From a virus (taxonomy: Duplodnaviria; Caudoviricetes): 64,000 nucleotides of DNA. Below are positions 15,687 to 25,909 of the stretch, piece by piece. The stretch spans positions 1-64,000 of the IMG/VR virus record IMGVR_UViG_3300043120_000090; one strand, 5' to 3'. The translations under genes were made by a program, and so were the position numbers. Every line of letters begins with the position of its first letter. Position 1 is the first letter of the stretch. The notes beneath the pieces were generated by a model. It did no database searches. It saw only the letters and a program-made list of their open reading frames with translations, and was not told the origin of the DNA.

Positions 15687-15951
15687 TTAAATCTCCTTTT
15701 CCTTTCGATATATTCGCACAACTAGGTTTATAATTGTAGGTTGGAAAAGTACTAGGATAGTCTCTTTGTACTACTCTATGGATTATAACATCTTGGCATT
15801 TATGAATACCGTCACAAAAATCTGCATTATGTGAGGGGTGTGTACTATATAATTTACAAAAAGCATTCCATGCTTTTGTTAAGTTATCCATAACTTCTTG
15901 TTCTTCTTTGGTAAAAGGTACTTTATTATTTTCTTCCATCTTATACCTCAA
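15679..15951 (-). CDS. hypothetical protein (90 aa; start probably Met at MEENN)
   Basis: ORF overlapping both neighbours. Confidence 0.75.
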   Translation of the reverse strand: MRYKMEENNKVPFTKEEQEVMDNLTKAWNAFCKLYSTHPSHNADFCDGIHKCQDVIIHRVVQRDYPSTFPTYNYKPSCANISKGKGDLIE

Positions 15952-16858
15952 CTACTTTAATAGAGAAAGGTGTTCTTATCTCTGATTCATTTCCTCGAAC
16001 ATACCCACGGCAATTCATTACTACTCTACAACCATTAATGACCTTGTCCATACGATTATGAGTATGCCCACATAACCAAGTATTTACATCTGGCATAATA
16101 TGAGATAGATCTGTATAGTATGCTTTATCTAAACAATTACCAGAGTGTGCAGCATTTAAACACTCCTTATGTGGAGTATGATGTGTAGCACAAACTACTT
16201 TATAATTATTTTCTTTTGCATAATTTATAGAATCTATAATACCCGCCACTGTTTGTCTATGCCACACAGTAGTAACTGCTGCACTTAGGGTAGGAGCATG
16301 AATACCTACTCCTCTCAAATAGTATAAAGGAGCAGCAGGAGCAGCTTTAGCCCAAGTAAATTCATCAGATAAATCTACCACAGCAATTGCTCTATCCCTA
16401 TTTTCATTAGAGTATGGTTTACTAATAGGCATATTACCTTGATGAAAACCTGCTATAGTATTAATATAACGATAATCATTCATGTAATATTGAGCCATAG
16501 CAGAATCTGTAGGATCTGATAAATCAGACCATAAAGTACCGCCTGTAAATAATACACCATTTATGACAAAGAAGTTGCCTTTATCTAAGAAGTAAAAATT
16601 AGGATTAGAGTCAGAAAATTCATTCCATCTATCTACTACTAATTCCCATAAATTTGAATACCCTTCATGGTTACCCATAAGATAAATTACTTTGTAATCT
16701 TCTAGCAAAGGTTCGATCATATTTCTAGAACTACACCCTAAGCCTGAATCACCAGCAAGTACTACTACATCTGGTTTATCCACTAAATTATCTAATTCTT
16801 TTTTCAAATTATACTTACTAAATTCTATATGTAAGTCTGACAATAGCGCTATTTTCAT
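15941..16858 (-). CDS. metallophosphoesterase
   Basis: SDLHIE, LAGD, GNHE, THH and GHTH motifs. Confidence 0.9.
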   Translation of the reverse strand: MKIALLSDLHIEFSKYNLKKELDNLVDKPDVVVLAGDSGLGCSSRNMIEPLLEDYKVIYLMGNHEGYSNLWELVVDRWNEFSDSNPNFYFLDKGNFFVINGVLFTGGTLWSDLSDPTDSAMAQYYMNDYRYINTIAGFHQGNMPISKPYSNENRDRAIAVVDLSDEFTWAKAAPAAPLYYLRGVGIHAPTLSAAVTTVWHRQTVAGIIDSINYAKENNYKVVCATHHTPHKECLNAAHSGNCLDKAYYTDLSHIMPDVNTWLCGHTHNRMDKVINGCRVVMNCRGYVRGNESEIRTPFSIKVVEV

Positions 16859-16859
16859 T

Positions 16860-17318
16860 TTATTCTACCTCAAACTCATCCAATACTTCATTACATAAGG
16901 AATCGGCTTTCTCATTACCTACAATTCCATTATGTCCTTTCACTTTTTTTACTAAGATAGTAGGATCTAAATCCTCATATAATTTATATATTTCTTTCCA
17001 TAAGGCTAAATTAGCTATCTCTTTCCCGTCTGATTTTCTCCAGTTATTCCTAGCCCAGTTATGTACCCAAGTTGAGCATCCATTGGCTACATAACTAGAA
17101 TCAGTATATATCACTGAATGTTTACCTGCATGTTTAATAGACCATTTAATTGCCTCTATTACCGCAGTTAATTCAGCTATATTATTAGTACCTACTTCTA
17201 TAATTCCCTTTTTATGACCTTTATAGGTTCCATCTACATCATATACTGCAAATGCCCAAGAACACGGATTAGTTCCATCATTTCCCCTACAAGCTCCATC
17301 AGTGTAAATCTGATACAT
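16860..17318 (-). CDS. rnh: ribonuclease HI
   Basis: YTDGAC, TNNIAEL, TDSSYV, VKGH.G..GNE.AD motifs; start placed at MYQIY (TAATG overlap). Confidence 0.95.
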   Translation of the reverse strand: MYQIYTDGACRGNDGTNPCSWAFAVYDVDGTYKGHKKGIIEVGTNNIAELTAVIEAIKWSIKHAGKHSVIYTDSSYVANGCSTWVHNWARNNWRKSDGKEIANLALWKEIYKLYEDLDPTILVKKVKGHNGIVGNEKADSLCNEVLDEFEVE

Positions 17319-17470
17319 TAATAATCCTCTAGCCAAGTTAAAAAATACTCATATAATTCATAATTAGTAGGATCTGTAGCTTCTATAAAAGAATCACCAA
17401 CTTCTTCTAAAAATGTTAAATATAATGAGTGTTGTTTATAGTTCTTTTGTGTTAAACCTTCGGTAAGCAT
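17318..17470 (-). CDS. small acidic protein (50 aa)
   Basis: AGGAG SD; TAATG coupling to rnh. Confidence 0.65.
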   Translation of the reverse strand: MLTEGLTQKNYKQHSLYLTFLEEVGDSFIEATDPTNYELYEYFLTWLEDY

Positions 17471-17541
17471 ATATTCTCCTTATTTTGTATATTATAACAA
17501 AAAAGGACTTCTTATAGAAGTCCTTTATTTAATATTAACTA

Positions 17542-18252
17542 TTAAACTCTTTCAAAACCAAACTCTTCTAATAGGTCTATATAAGTATTATTTTTTGCAT
17601 ACATAGTACCTACTATAATTATATTGACCGGTACTTTAAAATATGATGCTAATCCTATCTTCATTTCGTTTATTAGAATAAGTTTAGGTAATAAATTATC
17701 TAGGCTAAATGTATCATCAAATATAATATTAATATTTTTGGCCTTAATATCTAAACCTCTAAATTTAGCTAATTCTCTATTTACTAATCTAGTTAAATTA
17801 GTATATTCAGTTCCATCTAGCCATATTACTCTTTCACTTGTAGGAATTTTATATTTATATATTAAATTTTCTGGGAGAGTATTATTAGGGTTTTTAATCG
17901 TATTATTTATATGTTTTAATATATTAAAATGTAAATTTTCTTCTAAAGGTAAGTTAACATTAATAATATTAATATTAAAATAGTTTTTTGGTAAATCTTT
18001 TTGTAATTTATTGCAAAAGATATTAAATGAATTTGCAGAATAATTAGTTAAAAATTCATTAATAGCATAAGTTTTTCCGGAAGCTCTAGCAGTATTAATA
18101 ATTACTGATTTATTATTAATGCTAGCATCTATTATACCTAATAATATTTTATTAGATTTAGATGCTTTTATTTCAGCTAACTTTTTCTCTAATTCTTTTA
18201 TAGAAGATTCATGTCTTTTTATTTCTTCAATTATTTTCATAGTATCTATCAT
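17542..18252 (-). CDS. hypothetical protein with a degenerate P-loop-like motif (236 aa)
   Basis: ARASGKT and IIFDD segments; very AT-rich; 4-nt overlap with thyA. Confidence 0.7.
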   Translation of the reverse strand: MIDTMKIIEEIKRHESSIKELEKKLAEIKASKSNKILLGIIDASINNKSVIINTARASGKTYAINEFLTNYSANSFNIFCNKLQKDLPKNYFNINIINVNLPLEENLHFNILKHINNTIKNPNNTLPENLIYKYKIPTSERVIWLDGTEYTNLTRLVNRELAKFRGLDIKAKNINIIFDDTFSLDNLLPKLILINEMKIGLASYFKVPVNIIIVGTMYAKNNTYIDLLEEFGFERV

Positions 18253-19130
18253 ACTGCCATTTCTCCTGTAAGTTTTTCAGTATATTCATAGTTTAATAGA
18301 TTAAATAAATTAGTATCTATAGGTATTCCTACTCTAAAATCTAAATCTGTTAAAGGTCTAGTTATTTCTAGTGTAGGTAGTATATGTCTTTTATTTTCTA
18401 ATAATTTTTTACATTGTGGAATATGGTTTTCATATATATGAACATTTGTTAAGTCACCTTCTAGTATTCTTGGAGTTTTTCCTAAATAAGAAGCAAATAT
18501 ACATAAAAGTAGGCCATAACTAGATATATTAAAAGGTAGACCTAGGAAAGTATCTACAGATCTTTGATGCCATTTTAAATCTATAAAATCACCATCAATA
18601 TATAATTCAAAAGACCAATGGCATGGTGGTAGACTCATTTGGTGTAAAGCTAGAGGATTCCATGCTGATACTAATAACCTTCTACTATTTGGGTTATTCT
18701 TAGCTTCTTTGAGAAGTTCTAATATTTGGTCTATACCTTGTTGTTCTATTAAATTACCATGTTCTGATATAGAATATGTACTAAAATTTCTCCATTGTTT
18801 TCCATATATTGGGCCCAGCTCTCCTTTAGTGTAGCCTAAGTCTATACCTTGATTTTGATAGTTATCATCCCAAACAGTTTTTCGTTTAGATGCAAGACCA
18901 TAAGTTATTTCTCTAAGTGAATCAACATTGGTTAGCCCTGCTAAGAACCATACTAACTCTGATTTTACTGCATTAAAAGGTACAAATTTAGAAGTACAGA
19001 TTGGGAATCCCAAGGACATATCATGTATAAATCTTTCACTAAATATAGAAATAGTATCAATTCCAGTTCTATTATATCTTTTGCTTCCATTTTCTAATAC
19101 ATTTCTAACTATTCTTTTATAATCTTTCAT
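18249..19130 (-). CDS. thyA: thymidylate synthase
   Basis: LGPIYGKQWR, RRLLVSAWNP, LPPCH, QRSVDTFLGLPFNI and HIYENH motifs. Confidence 0.96.
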   Translation of the reverse strand: MKDYKRIVRNVLENGSKRYNRTGIDTISIFSERFIHDMSLGFPICTSKFVPFNAVKSELVWFLAGLTNVDSLREITYGLASKRKTVWDDNYQNQGIDLGYTKGELGPIYGKQWRNFSTYSISEHGNLIEQQGIDQILELLKEAKNNPNSRRLLVSAWNPLALHQMSLPPCHWSFELYIDGDFIDLKWHQRSVDTFLGLPFNISSYGLLLCIFASYLGKTPRILEGDLTNVHIYENHIPQCKKLLENKRHILPTLEITRPLTDLDFRVGIPIDTNLFNLLNYEYTEKLTGEMAV

Positions 19131-19609
19131 TCAGTAATATTTCTCCAATTTATTTTGCCGACTAATTTATGGTCTATGTCTTTAATTATCTTATCATTAC
19201 TAACTATTGTAATAAAACTATAATCACTATAGTTAATAAAGTATTCAGCTAAATAACTTCCACCAATATATACTGCATCAGTTTCATTATCTATATACTT
19301 ATCTAGTTGTGATTTAGGCGATATTTTAGTATCAATAGGAGTATCTATAATTTTAGGGTTATCTATAAACATTAATTGTGTAGTTAATATAATTATTAGT
19401 TTACTATGGTTATAGATATAGTTTTTAAAGGAATTTGGTAATAATTCATAACTAGATCTAGTAATAATTACGGCCTTATTATTAATAGTTGCTTTTAGTC
19501 TTACTATATCTTCCTTTATACTCTTCCAAGGTAAATAGTAATTTTTAGGAACATCGTAATCCATTAAACCACTTTTAGATATAGCTAGACATGTTATTAA
19601 GTTTCTCAT
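19127..19609 (-). CDS. divergent dihydrofolate reductase-like protein
   Basis: LPW...ED, LP, IGGS motifs; T5-like position between nrdB and thyA. Confidence 0.65.
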   Translation of the reverse strand: MRNLITCLAISKSGLMDYDVPKNYYLPWKSIKEDIVRLKATINNKAVIITRSSYELLPNSFKNYIYNHSKLIIILTTQLMFIDNPKIIDTPIDTKISPKSQLDKYIDNETDAVYIGGSYLAEYFINYSDYSFITIVSNDKIIKDIDHKLVGKINWRNITE

Positions 19610-20724
19610 TTTACTAATTCCTTTAAAGAATTTTGTAAACTATTAATATTAATATCAGTATTAATACCACCAGTTATATAAGAAGAAATTTCTGTTTCTT
19701 GTGGTGCTACTTGTTTATTATCAGATTTTAACCAATTATTCATCCAAGGTATTGGATTTTTCGTTCTTGGATAGGGGCATTCTTTTAAACCTACTATAGA
19801 CATTCTATGAGCAGTTATATACTCCACATACTTATCTAAAATCTGTTTATTTAATCCCACTACGGTACCTAGTTTAGTTAGATAAGTAGCCCAGTCTTTT
19901 TCTTGTTCTGCTGCTAGTTTAAATATATTATTAGCTTCTTCTTCACACTCTTTTGATATATTAACCCATTCTTGACCATCTACTCCATTCTGCCAGTTAT
20001 TAATGATCATTTGAGTACCCTTAAGGTGTAGAGCTTCATCTCTAGCAATTAAAGTCATTATCTTACAATTACCATCTAATAACTTTCGTTCACCAAAAGA
20101 AAAAGTAACAGCGAAAGAAACATAAAAACGTATAGCTTCAAGTGCATTAACAACATGCATACATAAATATAGAGCTTTCTTATGCTCATATTCATTATAT
20201 TCTGAAGAATTAACGGCACGTAAATTATTATATCTAATCAAGTTATCATAGTACTTACCAATACTATCTGCTCTAGCCATAATTTCTTCAGTCTGTACTA
20301 TACTATCAAAAGTTTCTGACATATCAGTAGGTAATATAGTTCGTACTATATGGGAATAACTTTCAGAGTGAATAGTTTCAAAGAAAGACCATGTTTCAAT
20401 CCACCTTTCTAAGGCTGGATCGCTGCAAATAGGTAAAAAAGCTAAAGTGGGTGCTCTACCTTGAATAGAGTCTAATAAAGTTTGATATTTTAAATTAGCT
20501 AGAAACATATGTTGTTCATGTTCTGGCATATTCTGGAAATCAATAATATCCTTAGATAAATTAATTTCTGTAGGTCTCCAGAAAAACCCTATTTGAGTAT
20601 CAGTTAAATTAGCAATAGATGTATGCTTAACTGTTTCTGTTCTGGCAACATTTAATGAGGAACCAAAAAACATTGGTTCCTCTAAATGATTTACTAACTC
20701 TCTATTAAAAATAGTTTGGGTCAT
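19606..20724 (-). CDS. nrdB: class Ia ribonucleotide reductase beta subunit
   Basis: FWRPTEI, LDSIQG, ETIHSESY, EAIRFY, RDEALH and PQETE motifs. Confidence 0.96.
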   Translation of the reverse strand: MTQTIFNRELVNHLEEPMFFGSSLNVARTETVKHTSIANLTDTQIGFFWRPTEINLSKDIIDFQNMPEHEQHMFLANLKYQTLLDSIQGRAPTLAFLPICSDPALERWIETWSFFETIHSESYSHIVRTILPTDMSETFDSIVQTEEIMARADSIGKYYDNLIRYNNLRAVNSSEYNEYEHKKALYLCMHVVNALEAIRFYVSFAVTFSFGERKLLDGNCKIMTLIARDEALHLKGTQMIINNWQNGVDGQEWVNISKECEEEANNIFKLAAEQEKDWATYLTKLGTVVGLNKQILDKYVEYITAHRMSIVGLKECPYPRTKNPIPWMNNWLKSDNKQVAPQETEISSYITGGINTDININSLQNSLKELVK

Positions 20725-20733
20725 TTATTTTCC

Positions 20734-23700
20734 TTATAGTTTACAACCACCAATACAATCTACTCCATCAGGAACATCTGCATTACCATTATCATTAGTA
20801 TTATGGTAGTATAGTGTCTTTATACCTATTCTATGGGCATATATTAATGTACTTAATATATCTGTTAGTGGTACTTTATTATCTGGATAATTAGATGGAT
20901 TATAGTATGTATTAGCACTAATACTTTGGTCTACAAATTTTTGCATAATAGCTACACTTCTTAAATATCCTTTATTTGTAAATTTAGGACTCCATGTAGT
21001 AGTATAGTTATAGTACAAATCAAATAGTTCTGGAGCGGCTTGTTTATAAACCCCATCCTTAGAAGATTTTACACTAAGTAACTGTCTAGGAGGTTCAATA
21101 CCATTAGTAGCATTATTTATCTGTGCCGAAGTTTCAGCAGGCATTAAAGCAGTTAATGTAGAATTACGTAATCCTGTACTAACAATTTTATCTATTAAGC
21201 TAGACCAATCACAATACAAAGGTGTATTACAAAATTCTTTAATATTAGTATTAGATCTAGAAATAGTAGTTTCACCTCTAGCATATCTAGTCTGTTCAAA
21301 TAACTCACATTTACCTTTTTCAATAGCTAAGTCAGCGCTAGCTTCCAATAAAGAAAATTGTATTAATTCAAATAGTCTATGAGTAAACTCTAATCCCTCT
21401 GGACTACCATATTCTAAATCCCTCTTAGCTAAGGCATAAGCATAATTTATCACACCTATACCTAGAGTTCTACGCATCTTATTTATTTCTGCTGCTTTAA
21501 CTGGGTATTCTTGGTAATCTAATAAATTATCTAAGGCTCTAACTGCTACTCTTGCTGTAGCTTTAACAGCTTCTGGTTTATCTAGGTCAATAGTACCTAG
21601 ATTCAAACCTGCTAGTGTACACAAAGCTATTTCTTCGTTTGGACTTCCCATAGGTTGTGTAGGGAGTAATATTTCCATACATTGTCCAGTTAAAAGTCCA
21701 TTAAAAAATCCCATATTACGCTTAGGTTCAGTAAAACAAAAAGTATCATCTACTCTACCATTATTTATAATATTAGTTACTTTTATAAATCTAATCGCGC
21801 TTCTTTGTAGGGTTCTAAAATTAATGGTTAATCTATGTAACTTTAGACCTAGATTTAGTAATTTTTGTGACTCAACAGATGGTATTAATAATCTCCATTG
21901 TTGTTTACAGTTATATTCTTTTAAAGAATTACTACCATCATTTGCAGGTAATAAATGCATTCCCTTAGAATTTTTAGTCTCAGTAATTTTACTATTAACA
22001 CCCATAGTCATCAGCATTAATTGAATATCTTTTAAGAACCCTAGATTTATACTAGCTGCGGTAATCTGCTCATTAGTACCGTTTCTATAGATACAACCAT
22101 CTCCATCTAAGTATCCCGCTAACCACTTTAATCTAGAGTCTATAGTATAGGATGCATCTGGTACAAAAAATTTATCTTTTAAATCTTTTGTATGCAAATA
22201 TATTCTATTGTATTTATCTTGATAAATTATACTATAATACTCGGCTGTAAATTTATCTAAAAGACTTTTTTTGTCTCCATATAAGTATATACGTTGATGA
22301 TTACCAGAACTTATATAACAACCATCTGCACTATAAAATCCATTATCATATGGATGTTTTAGCATCTTATCTCCCTCAATTATAGGTAATTCAAATTTTA
22401 TTAATTTGTCTCCTACTTTTAGGTCTTTAGCTGCTACGCGTTCAGGTTTACCTCTATAAGAGTTCTGAGTATAAAAATGATGTTCCATAGTACACTCTAG
22501 TTCCTGCCCACTATCGGTACAAACCTTTATTAAGGGTCTATTAATGCCTGTTTTATACACAGTGGTTTCTGAGAATTCTTCCCCATTCCATACATTAACC
22601 TTTTGCCCTTCTAAATCAGCTATTGGAAGGAAGCCCACATCTGTTAATACTAAAGTCTCTGGTGCAACACAAAGATTTGACTGCTTAACAGGAGCTACTA
22701 CTGGGTCAAACATACCTTGTTCTGTACTATTATCTACATTATGTATGTAAATACGTCCTGTTTGCGCTCTTTCAGTAGCTAAAGACGTAAATAACTCTAT
22801 AGCTGGTATTGATTTCTTAGTTATATTAGGATCTTTTTCTAAAGACTCATATAATTCTTTAAAGGCATCTTGATCACTAAAGAAAAAGTCATATAAGTCT
22901 CCATCAGCAATATCTGGACTAAATAAAGTTATATTCTCACCATTAACTAAACGATCATAAAATAGTTTATTAATTTGTACGCCATAATCCATATGACGGA
23001 TTCTATTTTCATCTGTGCCACGATTATTTTTTAGAACCAATAAGTTCTCTACTTCTAGGTGCCATATTGGATAAAATAGAGTGGCAGCTCCACCACGTAA
23101 TGCCGGTTGTAGTCAATGAAATTCGTTAATTTTCACCAGTTCTCTTATGAACTTCTTTATATTACTATAAAGCCTAGACTATATCATCATCCTATTAGGA
23201 TGCGTACCATTTCGATTTAACTAGGATTTATTAGATTATTACTCTACACCTAGACCACTTGGCTCTACTCTACTCCCTTCCATTATTATATGTGGTTTCG
23301 ATAGTCGTTGAACTTTACCTTACTCCTTGATTTATATAGGAGTAGCAAGGTCTTAGCTGCTGATTGTCCTAAATATTAGGAGTTCCCAGCAATTAGATAC
23401 GTTTTTCGATAAATATTACTATTTAAAGGGGCTATTATATTAACCCTGGCTACATGATTTTACGGCAGTATAAAAGTGACGATAAAATGGTACTACTCCA
23501 GTATGTACTGCTGAGCCATTTCTGATTGAGGAACCTAAAGCACGGATAGCTCCACCATTAATACCAATACCAGCTCGTTTAGATATATACTCCACAATAG
23601 CGGAAGAAGCAGCATTAATTGATTTTAATGAATCTCCAGATTCAATTAAACAACAAGAACTAAACTGTCTTGTAGGAGTTCTAACTCCTCCCATAATAGG

Positions 23701-24321
23701 TGTAGGTAAACTTAAACGTCCTTGAGATACTTCTTCATAAAAATCTATGATATAATTTAGACGATCTTCTTCAGGCTCATTCTGGTGTAAACACATACCT
23801 ATTAGCATAATTGCTATTTGCGGAGATTCTCTTAATTCTTTAGTTACACGATTTTGTACTAAGTATTTTTCTCTCCACTGCACAGTAGCTGCATATGAGT
23901 ATTCTAAATCTTTATTATGATCTATATATTCATCTAATAGAGTTATTTCCTCCCAAGTATATTTCTTTAGTATCTCTGGATCATAATATCCTTCTTCTAT
24001 ATTAGATACTATTAAATTATACAATTTTGGAGGTTCATACATGCCATAAGCACATTTTCTCATATCAAATATGTTTAGTCTAGCAGCTGGTGTTAAATAC
24101 TCAGGTTCTACTTCAGTAGATAAATCAACTGCTGCTTTAATAAGTGCTTGATGAATATCTTTAGTAGTAGGTAATGTATCTAATTTATAAGAGGCTGCCA
24201 TAAGAATGGCTGAAGGATTAGCTTCTGTTCCTTCACATGCCCATTCAACTACTGTATTAACTTTCTCTGGAGAGAATTTTTCTCTATATCCGCCTCTTTT
24301 TAAAACTTCTTTTATTTCCAA
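20734..24321 (-). CDS. nrdA: class Ia ribonucleotide reductase alpha subunit; join(24321-23443, 23103-20734), contains an intein; mature ~752 aa
   Basis: N-terminal ATP cone, SSCCLI, SQG|ALRGGAAT junction, SNL|C.E, MPAETSA, KTLYY, C-terminal CxxxC. Confidence 0.95.
21682..22671 (-). mobile_element. 330-aa intein with LAGLIDADG endonuclease in NrdA, ending in Gln
   Basis: Starts CVAPETLVLT, ends FNGLLTGQ before Cys+1; motifs GFYSADG and LAGYLDGDG. Confidence 0.93.
23104..23442 (-). mobile_element. group I intron in nrdA (339 nt, ORF-less)
   Basis: GGT|taata...caaccG|GCA; core elements CTAATTGCTGGGAACTCC, GACAATCAGCAGC, GACTA and GATATAGTC. Confidence 0.92.
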
Positions 24322-24330
24322 AATAACACC

Positions 24331-24414
24331 TCAAAAGCAATTAATCAAAGTAGATAGTATAATCATCCAAAAACTTTCATTATAACTAATATACCATAAA
24401 TTTAATTTGTTCAT
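24331..24414 (-). CDS. possible hydrophobic micro-ORF (27 aa)
   Basis: AGGAG SD, between the promoter and nrdA. Confidence 0.4.
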   Translation of the reverse strand: MNKLNLWYISYNESFWMIILSTLINCF

Positions 24415-24434
24415 ATTTTTCTCCTATTTATACT

Positions 24435-24464
24435 ATTATAAAATTTTTAATAGTTATTAGTAAA
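24435..24464 (-). promoter_or_regulatory. nrdA operon promoter
   Basis: TTTACT-N18-TATAAT. Confidence 0.7.
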
Positions 24465-24480
24465 TAATATTTTTAAAGAT

Positions 24481-24512
24481 AAAAATACCCTGAACTAAGT
24501 CAGGGTATTTAT
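24481..24512 (-). terminator. intrinsic terminator
   Basis: aaataccctga/tcagggtattt hairpin with flanking A/T runs. Confidence 0.7.
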
Positions 24513-24513
24513 T

Positions 24514-24750
24514 CTATATTAAATCATCTACTACTATGTGTGTAGCTACAAGACCTTTAATATTATTAGAGTTATTTAATTTACTTTTTCTTTCCCTAAT
24601 TCTATTCTTTAAACTAAGAATATTAAATAACTCTGGAGTTAGAGAAGATTTAAACATTAAGATCTTACATTTATTCTTATTTTCCCATCTTTTAACTTTT
24701 TCGGATAAAGTTAATTGTTTTGGTACTGGAAATTTAATTATATCTGTCAT
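24514..24750 (-). CDS. hypothetical protein (78 aa)
   Basis: TAATG coupling with phoH. Confidence 0.65.
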   Translation of the reverse strand: MTDIIKFPVPKQLTLSEKVKRWENKNKCKILMFKSSLTPELFNILSLKNRIRERKSKLNNSNNIKGLVATHIVVDDLI

Positions 24751-25541
24751 TAATATTGGATTCCTAATTCGGAGAATTTATCGTAGAAATATGCAGATTC
24801 ATTACTACGAACTACATGTACCAGTTCACATAGTCTTATAGGACACTTACTTGGGTCATTATGTACTAGTTTTAATATAAGATTAATACCGCTAGGTACT
24901 TTTAAGTCTATTTGATTAACATCACCACAATATACAACTTTAGTATCTAAACCTTTACGTAGCATAGAAACTGCTATAGCTCTTTCTTCCATATTATTAA
25001 CTTCATCTATGATTATAAAAGAGTTATTCCAAGTACGACCTCTAAGAAACATTACCGGTAAAAATTCTATTTTACCTGCTTCAATAAGATTTTTTACTGT
25101 CTTCTCCCCTGCTACATATTCTAATCCATCTAATATAGGTATTAAGTAAGGTTTTAATTTATCATATATACCTCCAGGTAGAGCACCTATATCTGGGCCT
25201 AATGGTATATTAGGTCTGATTAAGATTATTCTTTCAATTGGAGAGGATGGATCTAATAACATTTCCATAGCTTTTGCTGCTGCTAGGAAAGTTTTACCAG
25301 ACCCAACAGTACCAAGAATAGCTGTAAAACTATGGTTATCTATAGCATTCAAAGCTCTTTTCTGTTGGTCATTTTTAGGTTTAACTAATCTAAACTTATC
25401 CTCCCTTTTTGGGTTAGGAAATTCGTAAACATTTTCATTAATACCACTATAAGTAGCTTGATTAATATATTTTTGACGTTTACTTATTCTAGATTGTCTT
25501 TTAGATTCTCGTCTCTCAAAGCGTCTTTGGTTACTTGACAT
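24750..25541 (-). CDS. phoH: PhoH-family ATPase
   Basis: GTVGSGKT, IILIRP, RGRTWNNSFIIIDE and GDVNQID motifs. Confidence 0.93.
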   Translation of the reverse strand: MSSNQRRFERRESKRQSRISKRQKYINQATYSGINENVYEFPNPKREDKFRLVKPKNDQQKRALNAIDNHSFTAILGTVGSGKTFLAAAKAMEMLLDPSSPIERIILIRPNIPLGPDIGALPGGIYDKLKPYLIPILDGLEYVAGEKTVKNLIEAGKIEFLPVMFLRGRTWNNSFIIIDEVNNMEERAIAVSMLRKGLDTKVVYCGDVNQIDLKVPSGINLILKLVHNDPSKCPIRLCELVHVVRSNESAYFYDKFSELGIQY

Positions 25542-25909
25542 TAAGCATCTCCGTTTAGTCGGTAGAGGAACTTTATTGTTCTTACCTTAACAACTATATA
25601 ATGACATATTTTAAGCCTATATTCAAGATAATTTTTAAAGTTTATATCAATACATTTAAAATCCTTTAAATTTTCGCCACCGCGCCTGAGACCATAATTT
25701 TATGCTATATACTAAAAGTTACATGTATGGTTGTATTACAACATAAAAATAATTCAAAATTAGGATTTTTTAACGCATAGCTTTCAGGTATCAAACCGTC
25801 TTACTTTTTAGAATTTTTGAAAGAATTTTTGAAAGCTAAAAAATTTATTTACAATGTACTATATAAAATGATAAGATATATACCAAATGTAGGAGGTTTT
25901 TAATAATAT

